NCBI RefSeq assembly: GCF_009914755.1
Contig: NC_060926.1
Reading direction: 5' to 3' (one strand)
Source of the DNA: the human T2T-CHM13v2.0 reference genome, Homo sapiens
DNA: 64,000 nucleotides
The notes beneath the pieces are model-generated. The model searched no databases. It saw only the letters and a list, made by a program, of their open reading frames with translations, and was not told the origin of the DNA. Below are positions 11,745 to 28,700 of this stretch, piece after piece. The position numbers and the translations under genes were made by a program. Each line of letters begins with the position of its first letter. The stretch's first letter is position 1.

Positions 11745-14440
11745 CTTTTTGCCTTTCCATATAAACTTTAGAGTCAAGTTTGTCAATATTGACAAAAATA
11801 GCTTGTTAGAATTTTGATTGGGATTACATTGAATCTATAGATTAAGTTGGAAAGAATTGACATCTTTACTATATTGAGCCTTCCAATTTTTCAGCACACA
11901 ATACCTCTTTATTCATTTATGTCATCTTGAATTTCTTTCAGCCATGTTTAGCAATTTTCTTATCTAAATTTTGCACATACTTTGTTAGATTTACGTCTAA
12001 GTGTTTGATTTTCTGGTGCCATTGCAAATGGATATTTGTTAAATTTTAAGTTCCAGGTTTTCAATAAATTTTCATAGGAAATCAGTTGATTTTATATATG
12101 ACCTCGTATCCTGCTATCCACCATAGTCACTTATTAGCTCCGGTAGGTTTTAAATATATATATTCTTCAATAGTAGTAGTTTCTACATAGATAATCATTG
12201 TGTCTGCAAATAAAAGCAGTTTTATTTTCTCCTATCCATGCTGTATACCTTTTGTTTCCTTTTCTTGTCTTGTTGCACTAGCTAGGAATTCTAGTATAGT
12301 GTAGAATAGGAGTGGTGAGAGAAGACATCCTCACTCATTTGTCTTTAATGTTATGAGTGGCATTTAGATTCAATTCTGACATTTTATGCTATAATTGATA
12401 TGTGTATCACATACTATTTATAATATATTATGTGTAATAAAATCGTTTTTATTACTTCATTGGGATTTTCAGAAAGATCCTACTTTGTTCTAGTAATTTC
12501 TACCTGTTCTAGTGCCCTGCATTTCCCTTTTTCTTAATAACCCTTTACCATCTAGTCTGTCAGTTTTAAATGGTATGCACGGACACTCATATACAACAAT
12601 TACGTTTTTCAAATTTCCCCTTCTTCCTCTCTTCTCCTCTCATTTTTATTGACTTCTTTCCACATTCTCAGAACATGTAACACTTATAAACTATTCTCTC
12701 ACCCATCTCCCTATCCTTGTTTTAGTCTTTGATTTACAATTGAATATATTAAATAATCACAAGCAATCAATTCACCATGGTTTCCTCAGAATGCCTTGGT
12801 TGCTTGAACTCATCCTCTAGTAGATTTTTCATGAATGACCCATGTATACAATGTGCCTTGGGTTCTTGCAAAGCTAAAACTGTTTTTCTCCAGTCTTGAT
12901 ACTTTGACAGCTTGTCTGCATATAAAAACCTTGGTTAACTTTATCACTTGTTAAGTATTTGTAAATGCGGCTTCCCCAGTTGCTTTGTGTTGTATGTTGC
13001 TCGTAAGAAGACTGATTGACATAAAACTAATATTCTTCCCATTATGGGTAACTTGATTATTTTTGCTTAGAGAAACTGGTGATTATTTTCCTGAAAATGT
13101 AATTGTTTTTCTAGAATATTTCTCAGTCATTTGTTTTGGATTGTTTTCCCAGGTACAATTTAGGCCCTCTCAGAATACAGATTTAGGTTACCTTTTCTTT
13201 CCAGATAGTTTTCTTGGCTTTCACATTTAAATATTACTTCTGTTCTTTCTGTTTTTCTTTTCTATGAACTTTAATTATATAATACCATGGTCTGGATTTT
13301 ATTTTTATTTTGTCCCAGTCTTCCATTTCATCTACTTTCTCCCTAACATTTTCCTCTTTCTTCAAAATCTCAAATGTACCCTCTTGGTTAATTTCCTGCC
13401 TTTCTTCAATCTCCCTTATTAAATTTTTATCTTAATATGTGCTCCCTTGGGCACTTCTAATTTCTTCTTCATTTTCTATTTTCTGGTTAATTTTGTCTTT
13501 AACGTCTTTTCTGAATTTGATTGACTCTCTTTGCATTGTTTCCTGTGTTTTGTTCTTTTCGCTATTTTTTAAAAATTTCTGATTCAATGCATTTTAAAAA
13601 TATATAAATAAATATTTGTTGACAACTACTTAATTCAGTTGGGAGTGTTTGCTACAGTGTTCTGCTTCCTTATTGACTTTTTTGGAGAGAATACTCATCT
13701 CAGGATATATTTTATTTGAATTTTCTGTGTACTTTTTGCAGTACTTTTGTGTTGAATTGGTTTGATTTTTTTGCAATCCTTAGCCTTTTGTTGACAATGT
13801 TTCCTAGCTCAGGAATACTGCCCACTTATACCAGTATAATAAATGGATTTACAAAGTTAATGATGTTGCTGATGGTAGTGATGGTGGCAGGAAGAGGGGA
13901 CAGATGGTTTGTCATGTTGTCTTTTGTTTCTGTGGGAGCCTTAACTTTCAATTATTCTTTTACTTCTTTCTTTTCACTTCTGCCCCTTGTCTATTTTTCA
14001 CATTCTCCCTCCAGAAGAAATGCATTCCAAAGGCTAATACCTCCAGATCTGCTTACTTTTGACCCCCAGTGCAGCAGTTAATGCTCAGAATGACCAATTC
14101 CTTGACTTGTGCTTGGCATTTTGGTACTCTATCATAATTTCTCTTTCTGAAAGTGATTTTGTCTGTCTTTTATCTAAATATTCTCTTCCAGTCTTCATTT
14201 TCACAGAAGCTTTTATGTTTCCTCTTCCTTACTCTCGATATGTGCAGACTTTTACCAGTCATGAGAGCTTTGATAGAATTTGGTTTTTATTTTTCTGCTT
14301 ACAAATAATTAGAAGCTCCTGGCATTCTCTGTCCCCTAGTAATGCCTAAAGCATGGCCAATAGTAATTTTATGTGTGTTCATGGTTGATACTGCAGTTTT
14401 TTAGTTTTTTATATGAACAGATTCAGATTCAGGTGGCTGC
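11745..14440 (-). mobile_element. Old L1M fragments, antisense
   Basis: TTTGATTGGGATTACATTGAATCTATAGAT...TATTGAGCCTTCCAAT and AATAGGAGTGGTGAGAGAAGACATCC are L1 ORF2 antisense; the T-rich downstream part is less certain. Confidence 0.7.
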
Positions 14441-14589
14441 CACTATCTTCCATACATGGAAAATTGCTCAGGGGAAGTTTTAAGCAAGAAAATGACAGTT
14501 TCAGGACCCGAATAGAGTCTCTATTGTAGGATTAAAAGAGTGGAATTAAGAGATGGAGCAGTAATTGTTCAGGTTGGTGAAATAACTCA

Positions 14590-14933
<344 letters not shown>

Positions 14934-15422
14934 TGTGTAGCAGTAGAACTTATAAAGTAAGGATAGATTCTAAACACACTAAAAGTAATAAAGACTAATC
15001 GTCAATTTCTTAAGTATGTTCAGTCTCTGTTTAAATGAACTCTTACTTAGGGACTACATTTTTTATTTATCAAGACCAAAATAATCAGCTCATGGATTAA
15101 GATAGCCTCCTGCCAGTGAGCAATAAAGATTGTATTTGTCATTGACCTTCAGGGAAATTCTAAAGGAAGAACTACTGAAAACGATTTGTAATCATAATAT
15201 TACCATGTCTTTATTCACTATGCCAAATTTTACTTGATATTCTCATTTTGGCATGGATGTTTTGAATTTATATTTCATTAACTTAATTAATAGAATTATT
15301 TTAATTGCTGTTTATAATTTAATTATTATAGCATTTAAAGACAATGCTTGGTGGAGTTTTGCTACTGAAAAAGTGAACTAGTTTGGATTGAATAAGGATT
15401 TATATAAATTGCCACCAATATA

Positions 15423-15727
15423 GGCTGGGCACAGTGGCTCACGCCTGTATTCCCAGCACTTTGGTAGGCCAAGGCAGGTGGATCATGAGGTCAGGAGTTC
15501 GAGACCAGCCTGGCCAACATGGTGAAACCCCGTCTCTACTAAAAATACAAAAATTAGCCGGGTGTGGTGGCGGGCACCTCTAATCCCAGCTACTCAGGAG
15601 GCTGAGGCAGGAGAATTGCTTGAAACCAAAGAGTGGAGGTTGCAGTGAGCCAAGATCACACCACTGTACTCCAGCCTGGGCGAAAGAGCAAAACTCCATC
15701 TCAAAAAATAAAAAAAACAAAAAAATA
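15423..15727 (+). mobile_element. AluS
   Basis: Full Alu; TSD AAATTGCCA(C/A)CAATATA. Confidence 0.95.
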
Positions 15728-18045
15728 AATTGCCAACAATATAAATCATTTAGAGAATTAAAATAACTTACTAGGGTTATTATGAGAATTATAAAATTAA
15801 TAAGCATAAAATGCCTGCAGTCGTGTCTAGCACACTGTAACTACCCAATAAATATCAACTCTGGTTGAAACATAAGCTGCACTAACTTTTATTTTGTTTG
15901 CACAGCTCTTCTTTTAGATACAGCTAAGAGCAGAAATGGGGGAAAAAACAGTGCTTTGTAGGTCATTTCCATCTGACTGTGGTCAATAATACCAAAAATA
16001 TCTCAACAAACCTCTCCATTGTTAGTATCTAAAGTCTAAAACAGATAAATTTCCTGAAACATTAATGCTTTTTAAAAAAAAAAAACAAGAATCATTATTA
16101 AAAATATGGATCATGACAAAAGAAGAATGTAAGTATTTAATATAAAAGACAAACTGGCAAATGCTTTGAAATCTGAGGTCTTTTGATAACAATATTTTAC
16201 TCCTATTTCATAGTGGTATTTTTTTTAACCCAGTGCATTAATTGTTGATACCTTCTTTGTTCTAGTGTAATGTAACCATGAAGACAAAAGGGCTTTCTCA
16301 GGTGGATATTGAAATTCACAGTAGCACTTTCATGATTACTTAAATGTCTCCATTTGGATCTTTGCCATCATACCCTGTTGGGTTTTAATTATTGGTTAAA
16401 ACCTCCTTTTTGGGAATACACAGTATACACACACACACACTTTTCCCAGGGAGGGTTACAATAAATAATCTGAATCTTGGGCTATCAGGTGTTTATTATG
16501 ACTGACACGGTGATTCTGATGCTATCAGAAGAATATGATAAAGTAGGAAAAGAACATTAGATTCTCCTTCTTCTCTCTCTCTTGCTTCCTGACTACTTAA
16601 CCAAAAGATAAATGACCTTAAATGTTACTTAAAAAGTATTCTGTAGAATAGAAACTAATACAATCAAAATAAATAAGTGGATACAACTGGACACTTTCAG
16701 CTCTGAGACCCTGCAGAAGCTGTTTAACATGAAAGCCGTTTGGGCCGAGTTTAACTTCAGTATCCTCCAATTAGAGAAATGTCTATCATATTACCTCCTA
16801 CTGGAAAATTCCAGATTCTGTTACTTTTTACAAGTTCTGAGAGAAGATAATGGAAATAGTGGTAGAAATAAGAAATAAGGAGGAGAAAGATGAAGAAGGA
16901 AGATGGTGCTATGTGTGACAGTCTGGATTTGGACCCCAGTCTATATTCCTATGTACAAGAATAAGTTGCTGGCCACAGAAGGCAACATCCCACTCTTAAC
17001 GTGAGTGTATTGTAAAACCCCCAAGGAAGCAGCGAGAACTAGGAATGTTATCTTTGGTACTGACACATAGACCTTCTAGTTTTGGGTAAGCTTGTCCTTA
17101 CCAGTGAAGTAATAAAAAGAACATCACCTTTCACTTTCTATCTCCACGGAACCCCAAGAAATTTATCCATTAATATCCAAACCTGTTTTTCTTGCTGGCC
17201 AGGGAAAGTAGGGAACTGTATTAGGCAGAGACAAGCACAGCAGACTGCACATGGATACTAATTTTTATTAGTTGCAGCACTGGCAATGGTTCACACTTAT
17301 GATGCTTTCTAACATCTATGAGAGCGCTATGCACCACAATGACTAGTGCAGAAAGGCAATAAATATTAAAAAGAAGTGAAAATTGTTTGCAATAACATCA
17401 GCTAAATGCTTTGTTGTTACTGTTTTGTAGGTCATGGGGTGCTAAATATGAATGAGCCCAGATCATCATCCTGTATAATATGCAAATTTTAAAAACCCTG
17501 CAATAGAAAACAAAAATGAATAGACCCTAATTTAAAGGCAAACAAATAATAAAAACATACAAAGGCATACTTGGTAAAACTTTGTTACAAGGTTACCATA
17601 AGAAATTATTGTTGCATTTTATATTCAATTTTTTTGAAACTTTGCATAAGAACTATTTTTATTTAGGGAGTTTTGAACTATAGAATATAGCCAGTTCCTT
17701 ACAAGCAATGTAGTTCACATCACAAAGTCAATTTAAACCTTGAGTTTGGAGGTAGAGCACATAAGAACATTGCTGAATGTCCTCAATCACCACTTCCTTA
17801 CACTTTGGGGAAAGAAAACCAGAAGAGGATGTGGGTGGGAACAGATGCTACTTAGAATTCCACTTGTGTTATTTCGAGATTTAAATCCTCTATAATCTGA
17901 ATTTATGATTAATTTTCTATTCATGTGGTGTGATATTGTTGTATTCGAGAAACAGAAGTTTGGCCACAAATGTTCAGAGTAAATTATATATTCTTTTTTT
18001 AATATGGCATCAATTAAATGGCTTTTTCATTTGTTTGTTTTTGTA

Positions 18046-18605
<560 letters not shown>

Positions 18606-19711
18606 TGTAATGGCTTTCGATAAAATGCCCTGCTTTGTTAATCCTAACTTTTCTTCATTTAAGATGAAGATGGTTCTTGCTGTATTTCCTCACCATAATG
18701 TCATAAGAATTTAAAATGTATCTACTATACTCTTCAACTTTTGTGGAAACATTTTGTTTAAAGTCATAGTACTAAAAAATGAAAGGCAAAGGTCAAAGTT
18801 ATCCTGACTAACATAAAAATAATCACTGAATTAATTAGAACACATAATCATGTGCCGCAAAAAGCCGTTTGCTTTTATTAGGATTATTATGAGGCCATAC
18901 AGCTAACTAGGCTTTGGTCACTCATACAAACCAATAATTTTAAAAAAAGGTCAGTGAAGCTCAAATGTAGGAGGAGAAATCCCAACGTCCCTCTTTTTAT
19001 AAAGGCAAAGAGGTAGTGTTCAGTATGTGCTCAGTATGCAGAAAATAAGAAAAGGGACAGACTTTAGCTAGAAAAAAATTTTTGATTATATTTTTCACAT
19101 TTTATTTGAATAATAATAGCAAATATCAAATTAGTTCTTATTCATTTTTAATTAGATTTTACTTTTAGAGCAGTAGTAAGTTCACAGCAAAATTGAGTGA
19201 AAGGCACAGAGATTTCCCATATATCCCCTCATTATACATGCATAGCCTTCCTCATTATTAACATTCCCCTCCAGAGTGGTACATTTGTTGCAACTGATGA
19301 ATCTACACTGACACATCATTATCTCGGAGAGTCCATAGTTCACATTAGCATTTACTTTTAGTGGTCATTCCATAGGTTTGAACAAATTTATAATGACACA
19401 TATCCACAATTACAGTGTCATAAAGAGTAGTTCCACTGCCCCGAAAATCTTCTGTGCTCCACCTATTCATCATCCGGTGAACACTGATGATTTTACTGTC
19501 TCTGTAGTTTGCCTTTTCTAGAATGTCATACACTTATAATTATATAGTATGCCTTTTCACATTGGCTTCTTTCACTTAGTAATATGCATTTAAGGTTCCT
19601 TCATGTCTTTTTGTATGGCTTGATAGCTGATTTCTTTTCAGTGCTGAATAATATCCCATTATCCAGATGTACCCTAGTTTTTTTATCCACTCACTATTGA
19701 AAGACATCCTG

Positions 19712-20029
19712 TGGAAGCCATCATTCTCATCAAACTAACACAGGAACAGTAAACCAAACACCACATGTTCTCACTCATAAGTGGGAGCTGAACAATGAGA
19801 ACACATGGACACAGAGAGGGGAACAACACACAATGGGGACTGTTGGGGGCTGGGGGGAAAGGGGAGGGAGAGCATTCGGACAAATACCTAACGGATGCAG
19901 GGCTTAAAACCTAGATGATGTGTTAATAGGTGCAGCAAACCGCCATGGTACATGTATGCCTATGTAACAAACTTGCACGTTCTGCACATGTATCCCAGAA
20001 CTTAAAGTTAAAAAAAAAAAAAAAAGGAA
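19712..20029 (+). mobile_element. 5'-truncated L1PA (about L1PA8) 3' end
   Basis: L1 3'UTR with poly(A); TSD TGAAAGACATCCTG at 19698-19711 and 20030-20043. Confidence 0.92.
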
Positions 20030-20441
20030 TGAAAGACATCCTGGTTACTTCTAAGTTTTGATATTTATAAATAAAGCTGCTATAAACATCCATATGCAGC
20101 TTTTTGTGTGGGCATAAGTTTTCAACTGCTTTGAGTCGATAACAAGGAGCATCATTATTAGATCATATAAGAGTATGTTTACTTTTTTAAGAAACTGACA
20201 AGCTGCCTTCCAAAGTGGCTGTACCATTTTGAATTCCCACCAGTAATGAATGAGAGTCCTTGTTGCTCCATATCTTTAGTGTACTTAGCGCTAAATTCAG
20301 CCATTATTAAGGTGTGTAGCGGTATCTCACTGTTTTAATTTGCATTTGCCTGATGACATATAATGTGGAGCATATTTTCATAGCCTTATTTGCTATCTGT
20401 ATGTCTTTTTTAGTGAGATGACTGTGAAGATCTTCAGCTTA

Positions 20442-20734
<293 letters not shown>

Positions 20735-23700
20735 TTAATAACAGCCCTTTATCAAATATGTCTTTTGCAAATATTCTCTTCAGTCTTTGGCTTGTCTTTT
20801 TATTCTCTTCAGTTATTTTTGCAGATCCAAAATTTTTAATGTCAATGAAGTCTAGCTTATTAATTTTTCTTCGTAGATCATGTTTTTGTCTGAAACATTG
20901 GGTTTAGTCATTGCTAAACCCAAGGTCATCTCGATTTTCTCCTATGTTATCTTTTAGGAGTTTTATAGTTTTGTGTTTTACATTTAGGTCTGTAATCCAT
21001 TTTGAGACTTTTTTCTGTGAAATGTATAAGGTCTGTTTCTAAGTTTATTTTATTTTATTTTATGTTTTGCATATGATGTCCAGTTGTTTGGGCACCATTT
21101 GTTGAAAAGAGTAGTGTTTCCCTATTGTATTGCCTTTGCTTCCTTGTAAGAGATCAGTTGACTATATTTATGTGGGTCCATTTCTGGGTTCCCTAGTCTG
21201 TTTCTGTTCCATTGATCTATTTGTCTATTCTGTTGCCAATACTACACTATCTTTATAACTATAGCTTTATAGTAAGTCTTAAAGTCAGGTAGCATCAGTC
21301 TTCCAACTTTGTTCCTGCCCTCCTGGGTCTTTTGTTTCTCCATATAAACTTTTAAATCAGTTTTTCTATACTTTAAAAAATAATTTGCTGGGATTTTGTT
21401 GTGATTGTTTTGAGTCTATAGATCAAGTTAGGAAAAACTGATAATATTGAATCTTCCTATCCATGAACATGGAATATTTCTCCATTTATTTGGTTCTTTA
21501 TTTCTTTTATTAAAGCTTTTTAGTTTTGCTTATATAGATCCTGTACATATTATGCCAGATTTATATAAGTATTATGTTTTGGTTAGACTTTTTAAACTAA
21601 AATTATATTGTGGGAAGTATAAGAGATAGGAGAGTATACAATATTAAATCTATCTATTAAATCTTGAATGAATTTAAGTTACTAACAAGATTCTTGAGAA
21701 ATATATCCACTGTAAGGCAGAAATATTATAGATATATCATATGGGTAAAAGCCTGAGAAGAAAAAAGTCAGCTGAGTGGAACCACAGTTTGTTGACTACA
21801 AGCTAATAAATGGTCTGTTCATCGATGCCTATGGAAATAGAGGCACGCTTGGATTGTGAGACTCAAGAGGTTGCAGGTATACCTCAACAAGAGTATTAGA
21901 TGTATGATATGCTATAATTAAACAAGACTCAGAAGGATTCAAAAATAACAATCAATTTGGAACAGGCGAAGTAAAAGAAAATAATTAGGGAACTTATAGA
22001 TTTTAAGATTGGGGCAGGAAACACAAATGAGAGTTTCTAAAAAAAATTTGGAAACTCAATAGTTAAGTCTCTTGAGTGTTTCTGCATACACTAGACTTGG
22101 AGATACAGGCTCTTTATGCAGAAAAGCAAGATTATTTACCAGTGCAATCCTAATTTGACACATTTAATAAATATTTATCTTGCAGCTACTTTGTATCAGG
22201 GACAATGCCAGTCTCTGGGCACAAGATGAACACATTAAATTCAACTTTTTGGCCTTCCTTAGGTCTTCTTGCCTGGAATGCCCTTTCTTTTATATTCCCC
22301 TTTTCAATACAACAAAAAAATTGCATGATTATATAAGGTGTGAATTTCACTATACAGATTCTTGTTTCTAAAAACTATATTTTCTTCATCTAATTTCACT
22401 TAATTTTTATTTCAAGCACATATTCCAACAATCTGTGTGAAAATTTAATTCCGGAAGTACTTTTGAGCCCCACATCCATAGCCTGGAGTTGTGTGCCAAT
22501 TCTTGGAGTTAACACAGATGAAAGGCATAAGGCAGTGGTTGAGATTGAGAATCTAGGTTTTGCCTAAAAGATCAGGTTACATCTGAATATGATAACTTAA
22601 AAATGAATATTAAACATGTTACAGTGAGAAACTTAATTTTATTCTAAGAGTGTTGATTTACAGCTCTTAACAGAGTAGAAAGAATTACTAAACTTAGCTA
22701 CTTTGGTATATAAATAAGAATTCAGTCTACAGACCAAAATAGATTCAACCAGGGAGTTTTTGGTAGATTTTTCTGATGCTGGAAATGAGTGCTGTTTCAT
22801 GTTTCAAGTACATTGTACCATATATATTTTGGAAATTTTATGTGCCACTGTGGTTCCATCACTTTTTGCATTTGCACAATTTCTGTTCCTTGACCTTAAT
22901 ATAATGCATTTATTAATAATCATGTGTCATGTTTATTTACATGTATATGTATATTAATTTATACATATGAATGCATATACCTAAATATAATTTATGTGAT
23001 TATATATTACTATATGCACATGCATGTGTGTGTGTGCGTGTATGTGTGATCTTTTCCTAAGATGAATGAAAACGGTGCATTCTGCAAAGACAGAAGAGAT
23101 TCAGCAGCATCAAAGGAACTTGAGCTCTATATTTAGCCAAGATTCATTTAATTTTCTCAAGATTACATATAAACTAAAGCACTCCAGATTTTGGATGAGT
23201 GACAAACATATACTTTTTTAAAAATTACAACTGACAATATTTGCTTTTTAAAACTCTTTAATGCAAATACTACATATGTTCATACAGAGTGAAAAATATA
23301 TTATTGTTGCTTTATATCTGACAATTTATTTTCTTGAACACTGAGATAAAATTGTTTTATCTAGAATCCTGAACCATAAAATTCCTCCCACACTATTTTT
23401 ACAGTAATCATACAAAGACAAATTATTTAGTGAAAATTCTTCTTTGTTCTAATAGATTCTAAAGTACATTCAGAATTAGGGTATGTCTAAACCATGCTTA
23501 GTTTTAGCATATTTTACTGTTATTATAAACATCAAAAAATAAATTTATCTAACATCCGGCCTGATTAAAACACAATATTTACAAATGAGTATTAGAATGA
23601 AAATTTTGAAAAGGAAACAAAATGTGGCAATGATGAGATTTGGGAAGATTACTTGAACAATAATATGTAAAACGTCTTAGTGGCAACACTGGTGGCATCC

Positions 23701-23989
23701 CTGTTATTACAATAATGTAGAGTTCAAGGGCAAGGTAAAAATATATTAGAATCAGTTGATTGAAGTTGTACACAAAGCAAAGGAATTTGGTATCTAGAGG
23801 GCCCCCAAAAAAGAAGATTAATAACTTCTCATGTATATTTTATTTATATACATATACATGTATGTGTGTGTATGTATATATATGTATATATGACAAATTA
23901 TTTGGTTAATTAAAACAGCCCCCATAAAACAACTATTTATTTGTTATTTAGTAGTGACCCATATTTCTTATATGAAGAATATTGATAAC

Positions 23990-24420
23990 AATACTAAGCT
24001 AAAACAAAAAAATGTAAACTTAATGAAAGAAATAGTAGACCAATATTACTTATAAATATGAATATAAAGGTCCTAGATAAAATATTATAAATTGACTCCA
24101 ACAGAATACTAACAGGTTGCATTGTAACCAAGTAGGATTTGTCCTAAGAATGCAAAAATAACTCAACATTAAGGAAACTTTAAGTAATTAAATTTATCTA
24201 AAGAGAAAACCAGCATAAAGAATTTTAGATATTTTTAAAAATATAATGAAATAGAAAAAAAGAAACCTTAACTTGATACTATGCTATCTAATAGAAAATT
24301 AGAGGACTCCATACAGTAAATGTAAAGTTCAGTGGTGAAAGCAAAATTGTTTACTGTCACTACTATATTCAATATATATGAGAGAGAGATCAAAACAAAT
24401 TCCATAAGAAAACAAAAAGG
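23990..24420 (+). mobile_element. Old L1M ORF2 fragment
   Basis: AGACCAATATTACTTATAAATATG...CCAAGTAGGATTTGTCCTAAGAATGCAA resembles the L1 RT region. Confidence 0.6.
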
Positions 24421-25719
24421 GGCATTATTATTTGAACTGGGGTGGTAGAACTATAGGTAGTTTTTCTACCCTACAAAAGATAAAATTTGCTGCGACAAAG
24501 AAAGTAGTAAGAATGTTAGAAACTGGTAAGAGCTGCTGAGAAAGGACCCTATGCCTGCCCCTTGTGCTGAAGATGTGATCAATAGAACTACTCCAGATAA
24601 ACTTAGAGACATGATAGTAGAAAAGGCCTATGTCCCATTTCATGCCTAGGGATCTGACAGGAGGCAAGTGTTCTCATGTTACCATGGCACAGGAGAGTAG
24701 AGTAAAAATGGCTACTTGGGGGTGCCTAGGCAAATGGAACTATTACAATCTCAGAAATTCCCATGGAACCCAGTGGAGAAATAGGAGCAAACATGTTCCC
24801 GTGTGGCGAGACTGGATTGATTGCAAATACCAATGAGAGCCAGTGGATCATCTCAGCAGATATTGTATGGAGAGGTAATAACCAAAAACAAGTATCCTCC
24901 TGCTGATGTCACGACTCTATGTAAGCCATTGGAACTTAAAGATGTCTCTGGATCAAGTGATAAATGTCTTTATCAATTGAGTCTGCCATGAATTTGAGTA
25001 GTCTAAACTATTTGTTTTTCTTAATAATGCATTTTTTCCTAGTCCCAAAATTTATATCTGCAAACTTTTATCCACAGATTTTATGAGGAAAAAGTAGCAA
25101 TTCATTTGAATTCCTAGGCTATCTCAAAAACCTGGGCTGCACAGATGCTTATTTCTCACTGGGGAGTGTATTGCCTATTCCCCTTTACAATTTTTGTTTA
25201 AAAGAAGAAAACGCATTTTGTCATATAAGTCAGATAGTTGTATATCTTCCTTGAATTTCATGAAATAATTTGGATAACAAAATTTCACAAGTGTGATGTT
25301 TCAAATTACACTGGTAAGATTAATTTAATTATTTGCATTTGTATGCTGCAACAAGCTAACTGCTTCAGGCTAGTATAAAATCATCACCATTTCTAACATC
25401 ATGACCATCAATATTTATAAAGCACAACCATCATGCTTTATCACATCACTATCATATTTCATAAAATATACAATGCCATCAATTGTAAGGTGCATCATCA
25501 CTTTTTGTGTCACTAGAGGAAATGCTTCCAATCAGTGCTAAAATGTCCTATGCTAAAATGTCATAAGCTGTAAAATAGTAAAATACATCTGAATTTTAGG
25601 GATATTGAAATGCAAAAAAAGGGCATTTAAAAATCAATCTGATACAACTCCATAAATCCAAATATGCTTTCATAATTATTTCATAAATTGTAATTGTCCT
25701 GTGGGAAAAATTATTGAAT

Positions 25720-25720
<1 letters not shown>

Positions 25721-25756
<36 letters not shown>
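25721..25756. repeat. (CA)18 microsatellite
   Basis: Directly visible. Confidence 0.98.
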
Positions 25757-25761
<5 letters not shown>

Positions 25762-28700
25762 AATTTAGGGCATTTATGAGATGATATGTAGTACTTTGGT
25801 CTAGTTACCTTTCCAGTTACCTGGTAAATAGATTATTCTGTATATCATGACACTGTAGGCCTCTATCGTTTTCCCACCCATTTTCTACTCATTTTTCTTC
25901 TATTAACAGCACCCTCGTTTTGCTTTGGAAGATCCAAGTTGGGGTCATTAGGTGCACTCAACTTGGAATTGAAAGGATGAATGACCAATGTCAAAAAGAC
26001 CTACCATCATAACATCCAGAAGAGATTGACAGTTTCTTCGTCCCACATATTAACAGCTGCCTTCAACCTGTCATTTCTAAGCTCAATGATTCAATGATTT
26101 GTTTCTTTCTTACATTTTGTGAACTACCTTGTTCCCTTCCAAACAACTGCCTGCTTCACTTACTTGCAGCTAATGAACCCTGAATGAAACCTACCATGAC
26201 AGCCAAATGATCTTTGATATAACATGATTCCATGGCCATTTAGACATTATAGCACTAGGGCAACCATTAAGATGAAAACAGCAAATCTAATTAACCTGGA
26301 AACTTGTAAACATGAATCTATCAATTTGCTTTAACTTTTAGTTAATTAATTGGTTAATTAAAATTTCAATTTTTATATTTTGGGTATTTTGTAGATAATT
26401 TTAGGCATCCTTAGCAGAAAGAAACATCAACTGCTAGCTTTCAAAAATGCAGGCTTTATCCCCAATCTACTGAATTAGTATCTGGATTTTTAAAAGGTCC
26501 CCATTTAAAAAAGAATAAAGCTTGAGAAGCATTGCTTTCATTTTTTCCTGAATTGAAAACCTGAAACAGAACTCTGTTAACACAAATAGAGGTCTTTCTC
26601 AAAGATATTATACCTATCACAGTGAGAGAAATCTGTGATTATTGTAAAGTGCACTTGGAAAACCTACAACTTTTTAAAGTGTCTAATAAGTATTCAATTA
26701 AAAATGTCTTGTCTGTACACATTTTTAATCATGAAATCCTCTTACTCTTAAACTCATGAATAATGTTATATATTATATATTATAAATTCAAAATATTTAG
26801 CATTTTTAATTTCTTTTTAAAATCAAACATGAATATTCATTCTCATGAAATCCCTCGATAAAAATAAATATAGCAAAAAGCTGTAAGTCCTCTGCACACT
26901 GCCTACCCCAATGGTTTCTCATCTCTCTTCAGAGTTAATTTATTATATGTCCTTTCAGGTATTTTTCTATTTATGTGTATGTGTATATGTACATTGTGTT
27001 TGTGTTTACATGTTGTTATGGACATAGATATATATAAACGAATTCTCTATACTTGGTCTTAACCAAAAGGCCGAGAAGTGATTAGACAGATGAATGTTTT
27101 AAATACCAGTTTATATATAGAGATAAGAATGAATATAGTTAGAATGTGTGAATCTATGAAATGGGTCATAAACTGTTCTCATGGAGAAAAAATGCTGTCT
27201 TTACATTTTTTATACTTGAACTCTGCATGGATGTCCATTTTTCCCAATAATGAAAACTTTCTAAGTTCTCGTTATCAATTGTGGGCATAGGCAAATTTCT
27301 TAACATTTGAACAAAGAACTGGGCACTCTTTCTTTTAAAAATAGGTTTTAAATGAAGTAAATGAAGATTAGAAATAATTATATATAACTTCTAGAAAACA
27401 AATTACTGTATATAAATATAACTGACAGTGTCAGCATATGATAGTTCAGTTATTTGTATTTCAATTGTTTTTTATTTGTACTTTCACAGTGAGGTACTAC
27501 TGTAAGTAATATAGTTAATAAAGTGTATCTGAAAAAAGATTTTTTGAAAACTTAATATTTATAAAGGTTCTTTTATTTTTCTCCAGCAACTTATATCATA
27601 CTTTCATATGAGGAGTCAATTAATAAGGATCTTTGCTTATTTCTTTAATTTCTGTCTAATTTCTATTTCTGGTTATTAATATTTTTCCATACCCTTCATT
27701 TATCTACTTTCCATTATACTAGCTTTGCAGTAAAAAATGTCTATAAACAAAGATCACAATATGTAATAATTTAATTGTGGGTCATTGGGTTCATCTTTTT
27801 ATAAAATAATAAAATATACATATTTTTATTTTGTAATAGGCATAAATATCTTGTAACTTGATTAACATTAAAAATTTTAAGAAATTGCTTACTATGCTAG
27901 TCTTTTTATGAAAAATATATTGATTGTGGACTTTCATTTTGTATAAAATATTGGCACGATCACAACACATGTATACACTTATGAGACCAAAGTATGTATT
28001 TATGAAACTAATTTGAACATTATTAGTAGCTGAAAAACAATTTGATAGAGATAAAATCTATAAAAATAGCCATCAGAATATTCAATAAAATTTTGTCATA
28101 TAAAAAGGGAGGCACAATAAAGGATAAAGTATTAAGTAAGTTAAAAGAGTAATGAAAATACATTAGCACTCTTAATGAAGAGGATATTATAGTTTACCTT
28201 TCCTTTTGCTGTATAATTACCATCTCTGAATTTGAAAGAGCCTACAGGTTTAAATAAAATTTTATTTCCTTCCTAAGATGATCATTTTAAATAAAAAGAA
28301 TATTTTGGCTTCACCTTTATAAATAGTTCTTAATACTTACGAAGTTTTGAGGTGTTTTTAAAATTTTTTGCAAAGAAATCCTCACAAATAAAGTATAAGC
28401 AAGCAAACAAACAAAGAATACCTTCCAAACCAGATGGGTTTACCTAAATCCTAAGAGCTTTAATTAAGCCAAGACTCAAAGTATCAATTTGACTGAGATG
28501 TTTTGAATAACTGAATATGAAACAGTAATATTTTGTATGAAATCCTATAATATGAAAGATAGTTAAAAAAAGATAGAATATTCAATGAGTACAATGAAAA
28601 GTGACTTACAGTCACCTGTACAATTGTAACTTGAGAAGTGTGTGAGTGATGTGGTGTGTAGCATATACGGTTTAGTTGTGTTTGTAAGGGTGTAGTGTAT

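Noticed and set aside
13716-14349. Hydrophobic 121-aa and 96-aa ORFs
   Set aside because: T-rich, probably antisense old L1 sequence; non-ATG starts; no recognisable domain.
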